Under the pieces are notes generated by a model that was not told the origin of the DNA, made no database searches, and worked only from the letters and a program-made list of their open reading frames with translations. A stretch of 64,000 nucleotides of DNA from Octopus sinensis (Eukaryota): assembly GCF_006345805.1 (NCBI RefSeq), contig NC_043000.1, positions 18,228,001 to 18,292,000 on the forward strand. Direction: 5' to 3'. Positions 53,170-64,000 of the stretch are shown here, piece by piece (position 1 is the first letter of the stretch; each line of letters starts with the position of its first letter). The position numbers and the translations under genes were made by a program.

Positions 53170-53540
53170 TGGCCCAGTGGTTAGGGCAGCGGACTCGCGG
53201 TCGTAGGATCGCGGTTTCGATTCCCAGACCGGGCGTTGTGAGTGTTTATTGAGCGAAAACACCTAAAGTTCCACGAGGCTCCGGCAGGGGATGGTGGTGA
53301 TCCCTGCTGTACTCTTTCACCACAACTTCCTCTCACTCTTACTTCCTGTTTCTGTTGTACCTGTATTTCAAAGGGCCGGCCTTGTCACTCTCTGTGTCAC
53401 GCTGAATATCCCCGAGAACTATGTTAAGGGTACACGTGTCTGTGGAGTGCTCAGCCACTTACACGTTAATTTCATGAGCAGGCTGTTCCGTTGATCGGAT
53501 CAACCAGAACCCTCGTCGTCATAACCGATGGAGTGCTTCC
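53170..53540 (+). mobile_element. SINE family B
   Basis: Match to family B. Confidence 0.92.
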
Positions 53541-53797
53541 CCAGTATTATATAAGAGAAAAACATGTAACATTAGGTTGCATTTACGTGACATGAGCATA
53601 ATTTCATCAGAGAAAAATATGTACTTTGTGATGTTATATGTGGACCTATCAGTTCATTTCAGCAGACTAAATTAATGTACAAATTTGTAATTAAATTATT
53701 GAGTATAAATTGAAACAGCTGTAAGAAGTGAAGATGACCAATTTGTTAATAATAGATAATTGTTAACTTCCTTATCTCCATTTTCTTTTATTCATTT

Positions 53798-54005
53798 AAC
53801 TCTTTTTACTCTTTTACTTGTTTCAGTCATTTTGACTGTGGCCATGCTGGAGCATCGTCTTTAGTCGAGCAAATCAACCCCAGGACTTATTCTTTGTAAG
53901 CCTGGTACTTATTTGCCAAGCCGCTAAGTTACAGGGATGTAAGCACACCAGCATCGGTTGTCAAGCGATGTTCGGGGAACAAACACAGACACACAAACAT
54001 ACACA

Positions 54006-54042
<37 letters not shown>

Positions 54043-54213
54043 CATATATACGACGGGCTTCTTTCAGTTTCCGTTTACCAAATCCACTCAAAAGGCTTTG
54101 GTCGGCCCGAGGCCACAATAGAAAACACTTGCCCAAGTTGCCACGCAGTGGGACTGAACCTGGAACCATGTGGTTGGTAAGCAAGCTACTTACCACACAG
54201 CCACTCCTATGCC
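53798..54213 (-). mobile_element. SINE family A
   Basis: Match to family A. Confidence 0.9.
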
Positions 54214-54358
54214 TGGATATAAACTATATGCTTAATATATACCTATTGTTTTAAGGGAGTTTCATTCTCCAACAATACTAGGTATTGAACCAGTATTTCC
54301 TTGGATGTAACCATCCCTTCACAAGGTTAACATATTCTCTAATTATATGTATGTATGT

Positions 54359-54395
<37 letters not shown>

Positions 54396-56006
54396 GTAGG
54401 TAGGTAAGTAGGTAGAAAGCTAAGTGGTGGTAGGTGTCAGTGTTCCACAAATTCTGCCTTCAGTCACAACCCAGATCCTCCATCCATTAGCATTCCACAA
54501 TAAAAAAGGGGGGGGGGGAGAAAAAGGCTACCCTATGTTGTAAACTAAGTTCTTTGTAAGATTTTTATCATGAAGACTATAAAGTTTCATTGAGACATCA
54601 AGGAGTCCATTGAGGTAGGGAAAAGGGTGGGAGTTTCATTACCACGTCAACAGGGTCATTGTAGAAAGGGTGGGTGGCGTGAAGCCATTTGTAGGTTTTA
54701 TTGAAGTGTATAAGAAAGTTCGTTGGGAGAGAGAGAGAAAACTTGAGACTTAGAGATAGAAGGGATAGTGAAAGCAAACTGAGAGAGAGCAAGAGAAGGA
54801 GACAAAGAGAAAGTTAGGAGCGAGAAGAGTGAGAGAAAGAGCTGGACGTGAGGTGGGGGGAAAACAGGACTAGTGTTTGGAGAGAAAGGGAGAGGGTGCA
54901 AGACGGAAATGGAGAGGGCTATTAGCGGAAGGGAGAAAACTTAATTAACTTCCAAACAGAAAGGAAACGTCTGTGAACGATTGTTCGAATTTATTAGAAC
55001 CTTATGTTCCAGCACAAGGGGCGGAAGTAAAGTGAAGGGTTTTATAACTCAGAAAGTTTCAGTTTCATGTTGTACCTAAAAACAAGACATATTTCTTTAA
55101 ATAGAGATTTAGCCAAAAAACTTCCTGGTGTACAAAATAGGGGGTAGGATAAAAATGGAAGATGTGGAGAGGTAATAAAGGAGGAGAATACAGAGAAAAG
55201 AGTAAATGAAACCAAGTACTGAGATGACTAAATAAAATAAAGGTTATCTGAGACGAATAGAGAAGATACGAGAAAAAGAAAATAAAATAAAAACTAGTTT
55301 GAGAAAATCGATAGGACTCGCGGAGGAAATCACTTAAGTGGGAAAGACGAAAAGAAATAGAGAACATGAAAATTTGTAAGGATTTATTATTAATAGAGAA
55401 ATAGAGATTGAGGAAGGAGAACATCAGGAGAAAAGGAGGTTAAACATGAAGAGACGAAAAGGGCAGAAAAATAAATGTACCTATCAGAAAAAAAAAAAAA
55501 AGAGAGGGAGAAAGTTAAAGAAGAGACTTATAATGAAAGAGAAGAAACAAAGATTAATATTCCATGAGAGTTAAAGAAAAACGATCGAGATTGAGATGGA
55601 CCAAATAGATTATATATGTACAACTAAAGTTAATTTCTATTGCCCACAATGCAAGCTTTATATCGAGTTGGAAGGAGAAGCAATGGGTACTGATAATATT
55701 GGCGGTGTTAACCAATGGGATGTGCAGACTGTATGGGGATATCATTTGGTGATTGTAGAAAGAAATATGTTAAAAGTATGTTAGGTTTAAAGAAAAGGGT
55801 GGGCAATTTCGCTGCCGTGTTCTATATGGCTAATATTGAAATCAAGTTCTCTCTGAAAACTAAATTATCTATATTCGATATGTCGATAAATTATTTTAAA
55901 AATCTGCCGGTCAAAGCGAAAAGATCGCGTGTTCCTTATGAAGGACACACAGGAACAGTCAAGTAGATTGAAATATTTTGAAAAATAATCCCATCTCCAA
56001 ACTTAC

Positions 56007-56262
56007 CATCCAATATAATTCGTGTATGGACTCAAACAATAACACCACTATTTGTAAATATAAACGCAATGAAATCTCATTTTAGACAAATTTTAGGATT
56101 TTCATTACAAAAGATGCTTAAAAATGAAATCCAAAGAATACCTAATATTCAGGTTACCGTCGTATAAAAATAAAAGTTAATTGCGACAGCAGTGCACGTA
56201 ACATGGCCAATGTATAGAACATACATAATTTAACATGACCAATGTATAGAACGTACATAATT
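56007..56262 (-). promoter_or_regulatory. Candidate first exon and promoter of a minus-strand transcript
   Basis: Donor ATG|GTAAGT at 56007/56006; duplicated 32-bp unit with CCAAT at ~56199-56262; lies at the CpG transition. Confidence 0.3.
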
Positions 56263-56329
56263 TAACTCGAAAACTGTACACATTTTAAATAAGATGAAAG
56301 CAATCGCTTCTAAAAACAATCATTCATGC

Positions 56330-56650
56330 ATGAAATGAGAACAAGTGAACAAGTTTTCACGGTCTCTAAATTTGTTTCTTCACACAGGCTCATGAAGATA
56401 TGATGTAAATATATCACCACTAGTCTCACATCGTCGTCTAGGTTTCTTCGTGGTAAGCATCCATCGCCCTTCTATATAGTCTAAATATTGATGCTGTCAT
56501 CATTTGGGTCAACAAAACTGAGTGACTGATCGACAAAGTCATGAGTATAGAAGTTGCCAAGACCTACATAAGAGACCCACTCATCGGATATCAAATGTGT
56601 TTCATGAAATTTGAGTATGACGCTGTCGTTACTTCCAGGGTCTATCGCAA
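56330..56650 (-). pseudogene. Merlin / ISXO2-like (IS1595-type DDE) transposase relic
   Basis: LISDEWVSYVGLGNFYTHDFVDQSLSFVDPNDD...IEGRW...FTSYLHE..*RNKF matches the SD.W..Y..L...H..V..S..FVDP...IEG.W...YL.E..WR pattern; stops and a frameshift. Confidence 0.82.
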
Positions 56651-56801
56651 TTTACTTGAATTTTTTTAGGACAATTTGCAATTCTCTTTTTTTACGGCGC
56701 AAAACTGCATCATAACCGTTTCGAACAGGCCAGCAGATTAAGTTGTAGAACAATACAAGAACAAATTCACCTCAACAAATACAACACGCAATAAAGTATT
56801 T

Positions 56802-57559
56802 GGATCTTTTCCTTTTGAACGGCAGTTTTCAACACAATTTCTAGTTAACTAAACACTTTAAAACTTCGTATACTGGTAGAATGTGTCAAAATAAAACATT
56901 TTTTTCTCTTGGCTTTCTTGAGAAAATTGTAATTTGTTTGTTTAACGTAGTTTAATTTTTCGAATTTTAACCAATGAATCGCCTCTAGTGAACTAAAATC
57001 ATTTGCTGCGTCTAAAACTGAGACAACATCATTTCACTAACCCTAACCCTAAATTTTTTTCTTAATTGTTAACTTAATTTAATTGTTACGCGTGTGTCTA
57101 AAATTATTTGTTTTGTTTTCGCTTTCGTTTTAGCCTTTCGTTATGTATACGTACGGAAAGCGTGTGTATAAAATTATAGAATTATTTTGTTTGTTAATTG
57201 TTTAAATTATTTTCCATTGCTTTCGTTTTAGCCTTTCGTTTTTTTTTCTTAATTGTTATCCTTAAATTAATTTAACAATTAAGAAAAAAACAACGGAAGG
57301 CTAAAATTTAGGGTTAGGGTCAGTGACAGGTTGTTGTATCAGTTTTAGACGCAGCAAATGATTTTAGCTCAATTAGAGGCAATTGATTGGTTAAAATTCG
57401 AAAAATTAAACTACGTTAAACAAACGAATTACAATTTTCTCAAGAAAGCCAAGAGAAAAAAATGTTTTATTTTGACACATTCTACCAGTATACGAAGTTT
57501 AAAAGTGCTTAGTTAACTAGAAATTGTGTTGACATGTGCCGTTCAAAAGGAAAAGATCC
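56802..57559. mobile_element. Long-TIR MITE (~250-bp arms, GG...CC ends, 8-bp TSD AAGTATTT), Merlin-like
   Basis: ggatcttttccttttgaacggca ... tgccgttcaaaaggaaaagatcc; TSD at 56794-56801 and 57560-57567; (TAACCC)2 in arms. Confidence 0.92.
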
Positions 57560-58275
57560 AAGTATTTTGTTAGGATAGTATACTACTTTAATAAAATTCG
57601 TTCAAGTTACAGAATGGATAAATACATTATTAAAGCACCCACAGGAAAAAAAAAAGAAAGAAAAAGAAAAGCATGTATCACACCTGATCTCAAACTAACA
57701 GTAAATATACATTACAAAAACAATAGACAGCAGAAATTAAAAACCTCGACAGCAGGAAACCACCAGCCCGATAATTACAATAGGCACTTCTGATAACAAA
57801 TGTAATATATAAAATTTCAATTTAAGTTGTAGACTTTATCATTCAAACTGTTAAAGTGAATAAACAATTACAACACGTTCTCACTGGTTGACCATACTTT
57901 TTTTTTTTTTTACAAAGAATCGTTATGGTACATTAAAATTTAGAATACAAAACTACATATAAAAATATTAAAGGTTAGCACTAATAGGGCCAGTGCTTGG
58001 AAGTGCGGGGCCAAGTTAGAGAATTGTTAGCAGGGCCCTCTACTGTTTTATGTTTAGTGTAGTATGCCAGTCCAGCCAAAAAGCTTTGTGGACTTGAGCC
58101 TCTACCATTAGTCATAATGATGTTAACTTCCCTAATTAATATTATGCAGGTCTCGTGTCTTTATGTTTTTTTTTTTAATTCTTGTGCTCAAGGCCGGTTT
58201 CAAGTCAATTAGACAGATTTGTACAAATTGGGCCCCGCGCACATGCTGGAGCGGAGGACACTGATAGTTTTAGTG

Positions 58276-58660
58276 TGGAAGCACTCCATCGGTTACGACG
58301 ACGAGGGTTCCGGTTGATCCGAATCAATGGAACAGCCTGCTCGTGAAATTAACGTGTAAGTGGCTGAGCACTCCACAGACACGTGTACCCTTAACGTAGT
58401 TCTCGGGGATATTCAGCGTGACACAGAGAGTGACAAGGCCGGCCCTTTGAAATACAAGGTACAACAGAAACAGGAAGAAAGAGTGAGAGAAAGTTGTGGT
58501 GAAAGAGTACAGCAGGGATCACCACCATCCCTGCCGGAGCCTCGTGGAGCTTTTAGGTGTTTTCGCTCAATAAACACTCACAACGCCCGGTCTGGGAATC
58601 GAAACCACGATCCTACGACCGCGAGTCCGCTGCCCTAACCACTGGGCCATTGCGCCTCCA
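58276..58660 (-). mobile_element. SINE family B
   Basis: Match to family B. Confidence 0.92.
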
Positions 58661-60210
58661 GGGAAATATAAGTGAATTGAGAAAAGAGTAAGATATAGGG
58701 AACATTTCAAGAGGGTGATAACAGAGGTATGACAGGGAAAAAAGAGAAAGAAGAGGGATAAAACTGGATAGATTGCCAGAGACCATAAGAAAAGTAGAGC
58801 AACAAGAGAACGGGGTGGAAAGTGGAATAGTTAAACAATGAGGAAGGTTAAGGGAAAACAATGGAGATAGCGAAAGATAACACTGATAAATAATGAAGTA
58901 TGTAGACCAAAAATTAGGTGGTGAGGAGTAGCAGGGGAATAAGATTAATTTGGTAGAGTGAGAAATTAAGAAAGTAATAGAGAGATAGTCTTGTGGTAGA
59001 TAGAATGAAAGATCAATGAAATGAGAGAGTGTATGTGTGAGGAAAGAGTGGGGAAAAAGCAGCAGGATGAGGGAGAGGTGGAAGTAGAAGAAAGAAATAC
59101 GGAGGGAGATAAGAATAGAAGAGATAACGTAGAATAATAGAGAGGAAGATAAAGAGTTGGAGAGAGATAGAGAGAGAGAGAGAATGAGGGAGAGGAAGAC
59201 AAAGTGAAAACGAGAAAGAGAAAGAATGGGGGGGGGGTTATTAGAATGGCAGAGAAAATTGTGGAGAAAAGGGCAGAAGTGGAGATAAGTTATTTAACGA
59301 ATGGACGGAAGAGGAGGGTGTAGAGAAAGGGAGAGAGAGAGAGAGGAGGAAGAAGAGGGTGTAGAGAAAAGGAGAGAGAGAGAGAGAGAGGAGAAAGAGA
59401 GATTAAGTGGTAGAGAAAAGACAAGGATAGAAAGATGTGACAGCAGAAAGAGAAATATTTCAAAAGCTAGCGGAAACCTCACCACCGCCGCCACCACCCA
59501 CTACAAAAAAAAAGGAAAGAAAAAAAGTTGAAATTCCAACGTCAATTGTTGTAAGGTTAGAGGTGGGAGATGAAACAAGAATTACAGAAAAGAGATAAAT
59601 ATTTACATCACTGTTGATGTTGTTAATAACGGGCGACATTGGCGATAAATAAGTAAAGAACAATAGTAGTTATTTATAATGATCTGCGTTGTTTCCCTTC
59701 AGGAAATGCTTAAAAAATACTTAAGCCATATCTTTTTTAAAGCAAAATTTGATAATGTTCCGTGAAGGATGAGGGACTGAATATAAAGCAGTGATTGAGT
59801 ACGAATTAACGGGTCAAAGGTCCTAGTAATGAACATAATGATGATGACAATGACAACTACTATTATTATTATTATTATTATTATTGAGAAAGGGGTAAAG
59901 AGGATAATATAGAAAAGATGATGTCAGTCAAAGCTGTAACTTATTGAGATAGTCTATGACACAAAACAAGATGACGCCATACATAATGATGATGATGATG
60001 TGTGAATCAAGATTTTAAGTCAGCCGCACACACACGCAGTGTAATTGGTGCAATGTTCCAGACTCTTTTGCAGTGCCTTGTTTGGTGTCTCATATTGCTG
60101 ATGACAAAACCTTCACTGATGGGTCGATAAAACGTGTGCCAACATTTTAATTTCAACTCTCTTAAAGCTACAAATACATGCGAATAAGTTCTCTCCTTAT
60201 ATTGTGGTTG

Positions 60211-60244
<34 letters not shown>

Positions 60245-60574
60245 GTGAGCGGGTAGGTGTATGAGTGAAAGTCGTCCGATTACAAGCTATTAGGTCACCA
60301 TTTAGCCTCATATCTGCCTTACTAATCCCCCAAATACTCCCCACTGTCTCTTTCGCCCCATCTCTCCAAAAGATACTGAATACAAATTCGACATTCTAAG
60401 CGAAGTAACCCGTTCTCCAGTCACACAATGCCATCTTTTGGCTGTTTACAGCGACTAGGCTACGATACGTGGCATGGCACCTACTTACAGCTGGGTGGAG
60501 TGGGATATTGGTTACAAATTATAGACTATACGGCTAAGTGAAGCTCCTCGAAAGGAATCTACAAAATTGATTTC

Positions 60575-61181
60575 AAATTTCGACATACGGCCAGAAATTT
60601 CAGGGCAAGGGGTAAGTCGGTTATATCGAACCCCAGTATTCAACTAGTACTTATTTTATCGACCTCGGAAGGAGAAAAGGTAAAGTCGATCTCAGCGGAA
60701 TTTGAATTCAACGTAAAGACGGACGAAATACAGCTAAACATTTTGCCCGGCGCGTTAACAATTCAGCCAGCTCGCCACTTTAAAAGAATCTACGATATTC
60801 TTTTCTATTCTAGGCATAAGGCCCGATATTTTTGGGGAAGGGGCCTGTCGATTAGATCGACCCAGCACGCAACTGGTACTTAATTTATCGACCCCGAAAG
60901 GATGAAAGGTAAAGTCAACCTCGGCGGAATTTGAACTCAGAACACGAAGACAGACGAAATACCTGTTTATTACCCACAAGGGGCTAAACACAGAGGGGAC
61001 AAACAAAGGGATTAAGTCGATTATATCGACCCCAGTGCGTAACTGGTACTTATTTAATCGACCTCGAAAGGATGAAAGGTAAAGTCGACCTCGGCGGAAT
61101 TTGAACTCAGAACATAACGGCAGACGAAATACGGCTAAGCATTTCGCCCGGCGTGCTAACGTTTCTGCCAGCTCGCCGCCT
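60575..61181 (-). mobile_element. Cluster of three SINE family C units, both tail subtypes
   Basis: Cores at ~60650, ~60890 and ~61060. Confidence 0.88.
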
Positions 61182-61386
61182 TAATTCTAGACGAGATATT
61201 GCGCCGACCTGGGAATACATAACAACAGCAAGGCATTGGGAGATAGAGAGAGATAAAGAGAAAGATATCAACTGTTTCATTCACAAAGAAATCAACTCAG
61301 ATACTTCCAAAAATGGTATTTGGGAAATTAAAGCCATTTCTCTCGGTTGTCAGCGTCCCCTTCATACATGCTTGTGACAGCAATAT

Positions 61387-61750
61387 TTTATCTTTTACTT
61401 GTTTCAGTCATTGAACTGCGACCATTATGGGGCACCACCTTGAAAGGTTTAGTCGAACAGATCAACCCCAGTGCTTATTTTTAAAGTCTGATACTTATTT
61501 TGTTGGTGTCTTTTGCAGAACCGCTAAGTTACAGAAACGTAAACAAACCAACGCTGGTTCTCAGGCAGTAAGAGGTGAACGAACACAAGCACACACACAC
61601 AACGGGCTTTTTTCACTTTCCGTCAACTAAATCCACTCATAAGGCTTCAGTCGGCCCAGAGCTATATTAGAAGACACTTGCCCAAGGTACCACGCAGTCG
61701 GACTGAACCTGCAACAATGTGGTTGGGGAGCAAATTTCTTATCACAGTCA
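61387..61750 (-). mobile_element. Older SINE family A copy
   Basis: Diverged match. Confidence 0.8.
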
Positions 61751-62698
61751 CTACCCACAAAATATTTATTACGTTCATGATTTTATTAGTACTGTGCATA
61801 TCATCGAAGACCGATCATTTGGATTCGCTTGCAGCACCTTTCACCTTTCCGACAAATAAACCCTATTAATCTATAAACTCGCAGCCTTCCCGAATTATAA
61901 TTACGTAATAATAGCTTTAATTCAGACCCAAAGCTCGCAATTATGTGGGGGATGGGTTAGTCAACCCCTGAAAGACGAATGGCAAAGTTAATCAAATCAG
62001 TGGGATTTGACCTGAGAAGACCGAACAAATACTCTGAGGCATTTCTATCTAATATGGTAACGGTTCCGCCAGATTATCCCCTTTAATCGTTTCAGATTAA
62101 AAGGTTGATTGACCTCTACAGTATTTGAACTCAGAATACAAAACTCGAGCCAAATACCGGAAAGCATTTATCCCGACGCTCTAACGATTCTGCCAATCCA
62201 GCAATTTGTTTCAAATTTTTACACAAAGCCAGCAATTTTATGAGAGGAGTAAGTCGATTACATCGGCGCTCGTGTTCAGTTGGTACTTATTTTATCGATC
62301 TCGAAAGGATGAAAGGCTAAGTCGACTTCGACAGAATTTTAAACTCGTAACGTAAAGAGCCAGAAGAAATGCTATTAAATATTTGAAGACATTATTAAGA
62401 GAACGATATCAACTTTCCCCTCCAACCGACCATACTTGATAAATGACCTGTTTATATTCGTAGCAGTCGATTGGAAGAAACGATAGAGAAGCAGAGAAAT
62501 AACATGGCTTGTATTTGTGTAGTTGCGATCATTTCAATATTCAGTTGAAATAAATAAATGACTAAATATAAAAATAAACTTTCCCCGTGACGCAGTGGTA
62601 ATAAGAAACATCACACCCACTAGTGTATGCCGCCCGGGGTGGCCCTTCCGTTTGCTGTCCCCGAACTCCACAAAAAACACATATTGCCTAGAGCAATA

Positions 62699-63070
62699 TG
62701 GCCCAGTGGTTAGGGCAGCGGACTCGCGGTCGTAGGATCGCGGTTTCGATTCCCAGACCGGGCGTTGTGAGTGTTTATTGAGCGAAAACACCTAAAGCTC
62801 CACGCGGCTCCGGCAGGGGATGGTGGTGATCCCTGCTGTACTCTTTCACCACAACTTTCTCTCACTCTTACTTCCTGTTTCTGTTGTACCTGTATTTCAA
62901 AGAGCCGGCCTTGGCACTCTCTGTGTCACGCTGAATATCCCCGAGAACTACGTTAAGGGTGCACGTGTCTGTGGAGTGCTCAGCCACTTACACGTTAATT
63001 TCAAGAGCAGGCTGTTCCGTTGATCGGATCAACCGGAACCTTCATCGTCGTAACCGACGGAGTGCTTCCA
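62699..63070 (+). mobile_element. SINE family B
   Basis: Match to family B. Confidence 0.92.
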
Positions 63071-63349
63071 TCCAGTCTACAACAGGATGATAAGTGCCGT
63101 CCCTTTCAAAGTGTCGCCCGGAGCGGACCGCCCTACCATCTCCTTCGCGCCCCCGGCTACGCAAGTGACCACACCACACTGACGATGCAAACTCTTTGAC
63201 TTTAGTTCGCTTCCAACCATTAAGAACTTAGGTGGTTGACTTAACTTAAATCCCTCGAGCAATGTTGTTACGAGCCCCCCTATCAGAATGGGAAGCCATT
63301 TACAGCTGACACTTGAACAATGAGAAACGAAGCTCAATAACAACGCATC

Positions 63350-63512
63350 AATGCTTCGCGGCATTTCGTCTGTCTTTACATTCTGAGTTCAAATTCCGCC
63401 AATGTCGACTTTGCCTTTCATCCGTCCGGGGTCGATAAAATAAGTACCAATTCAATACAGGCTTTCGATGTAATCGACTGACTCGCTCCCTTGTGCCAAA
63501 ATTTGAAACCAA
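63350..63512 (+). mobile_element. SINE family C (ATT-tailed subtype), diverged
   Basis: Nin-like core. Confidence 0.8.
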
Positions 63513-64000
63513 TAACAAAACGCATCGCTCGGGAATCGAACTTGCGAACGTTAGTACAAGGCCCTAACTTCTAGGCTACACAACATTTCAGCAACGAGGA
63601 AGACTAAATTGTTTATCAATGATTTCTCAACAAGTCAAAAAAATTGCTTTATATCGTTCAAATATGGATTTTTACCTTCTTTCTTTCTTTACACGTGACT
63701 CATCTTATTTAACATGTATACTCAACTAGTTACGCACGAGCAATCAGAAAATAAATATCCCAGGTCAGTTGTGATCGAGCAGTTCTGCGTGCTTTAAGTC
63801 TACTCTAATAACAAGTAGTATAAAATTAAATCAAATATAGATCACAGATATGCTAGATGCAATAGTTATTTGTGTAGAATATGGCCAACTACTAATCACA
63901 TACGTATAATCATTGTTACTGTAAGACAAAACCAGGTAGAATGCAGCTAGCTGTGATGAAACCGGAGTTCTGTAATACACGATTCGTAAATATGCAGTAC

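Noticed and set aside
54600-55550. Purine-rich blocks (also 58680-59460) as L1-like relic or exon
   Set aside because: No motif could be read with confidence
57038-57323. Telomere or fusion site
   Set aside because: Only about two hexamers per side, inside TIRs with a TSD
57985-58263. GC-rich inverted motifs (gcggggcc / ggccccgc), and a similar case at 62593-63167
   Set aside because: Probably decayed DNA transposons, but ends and TSDs could not be defined
60098-60145. ctgatga motifs as hammerheads (also 48417-48450)
   Set aside because: No properly placed stem II plus GAAA
794-63023. Recurrent ORFs such as MSSNARGTNTDT..., MVVIPAVLFHHN..., MDGSTGVWEARR...
   Set aside because: Incidental frames within SINE families A, B and D; frames not conserved between copies

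Overview
AT-rich, repeat-dominated eukaryotic DNA. The SINE complement and microsatellite load strongly resemble a coleoid cephalopod, most likely Octopus (inferred from recognition, not from a search). No intact protein-coding gene is supportable: nearly all track ORFs are translations of SINEs or microsatellites. At least five tRNA-headed or modular SINE families are present (labelled A-E plus one V-domain copy), carrying CORE-, Nin-, Meta- and V-like motifs. LINE relics comprise three R4/Dong-type 3' ends in (AAT)n tracts plus RTE, CR1, L1/Tx1 and Penelope fragments, one with a hammerhead-like core. DNA-transposon material comprises a mariner transposase pseudogene, a Merlin/ISXO2 transposase relic beside a long-TIR MITE with 8-bp TSD and telomere-like hexamers, a Tc1/mariner foldback built from a transposase 3' end, piggyBac- and hAT-type MITEs, and two non-autonomous Helitrons. 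CpG retention rises near 55-56 kb, and several good minus-strand splice sites suggest, weakly, that most of the window is intronic to a minus-strand transcript starting near 56.2 kb. Coordinates were counted by hand and may be off by a few bases.
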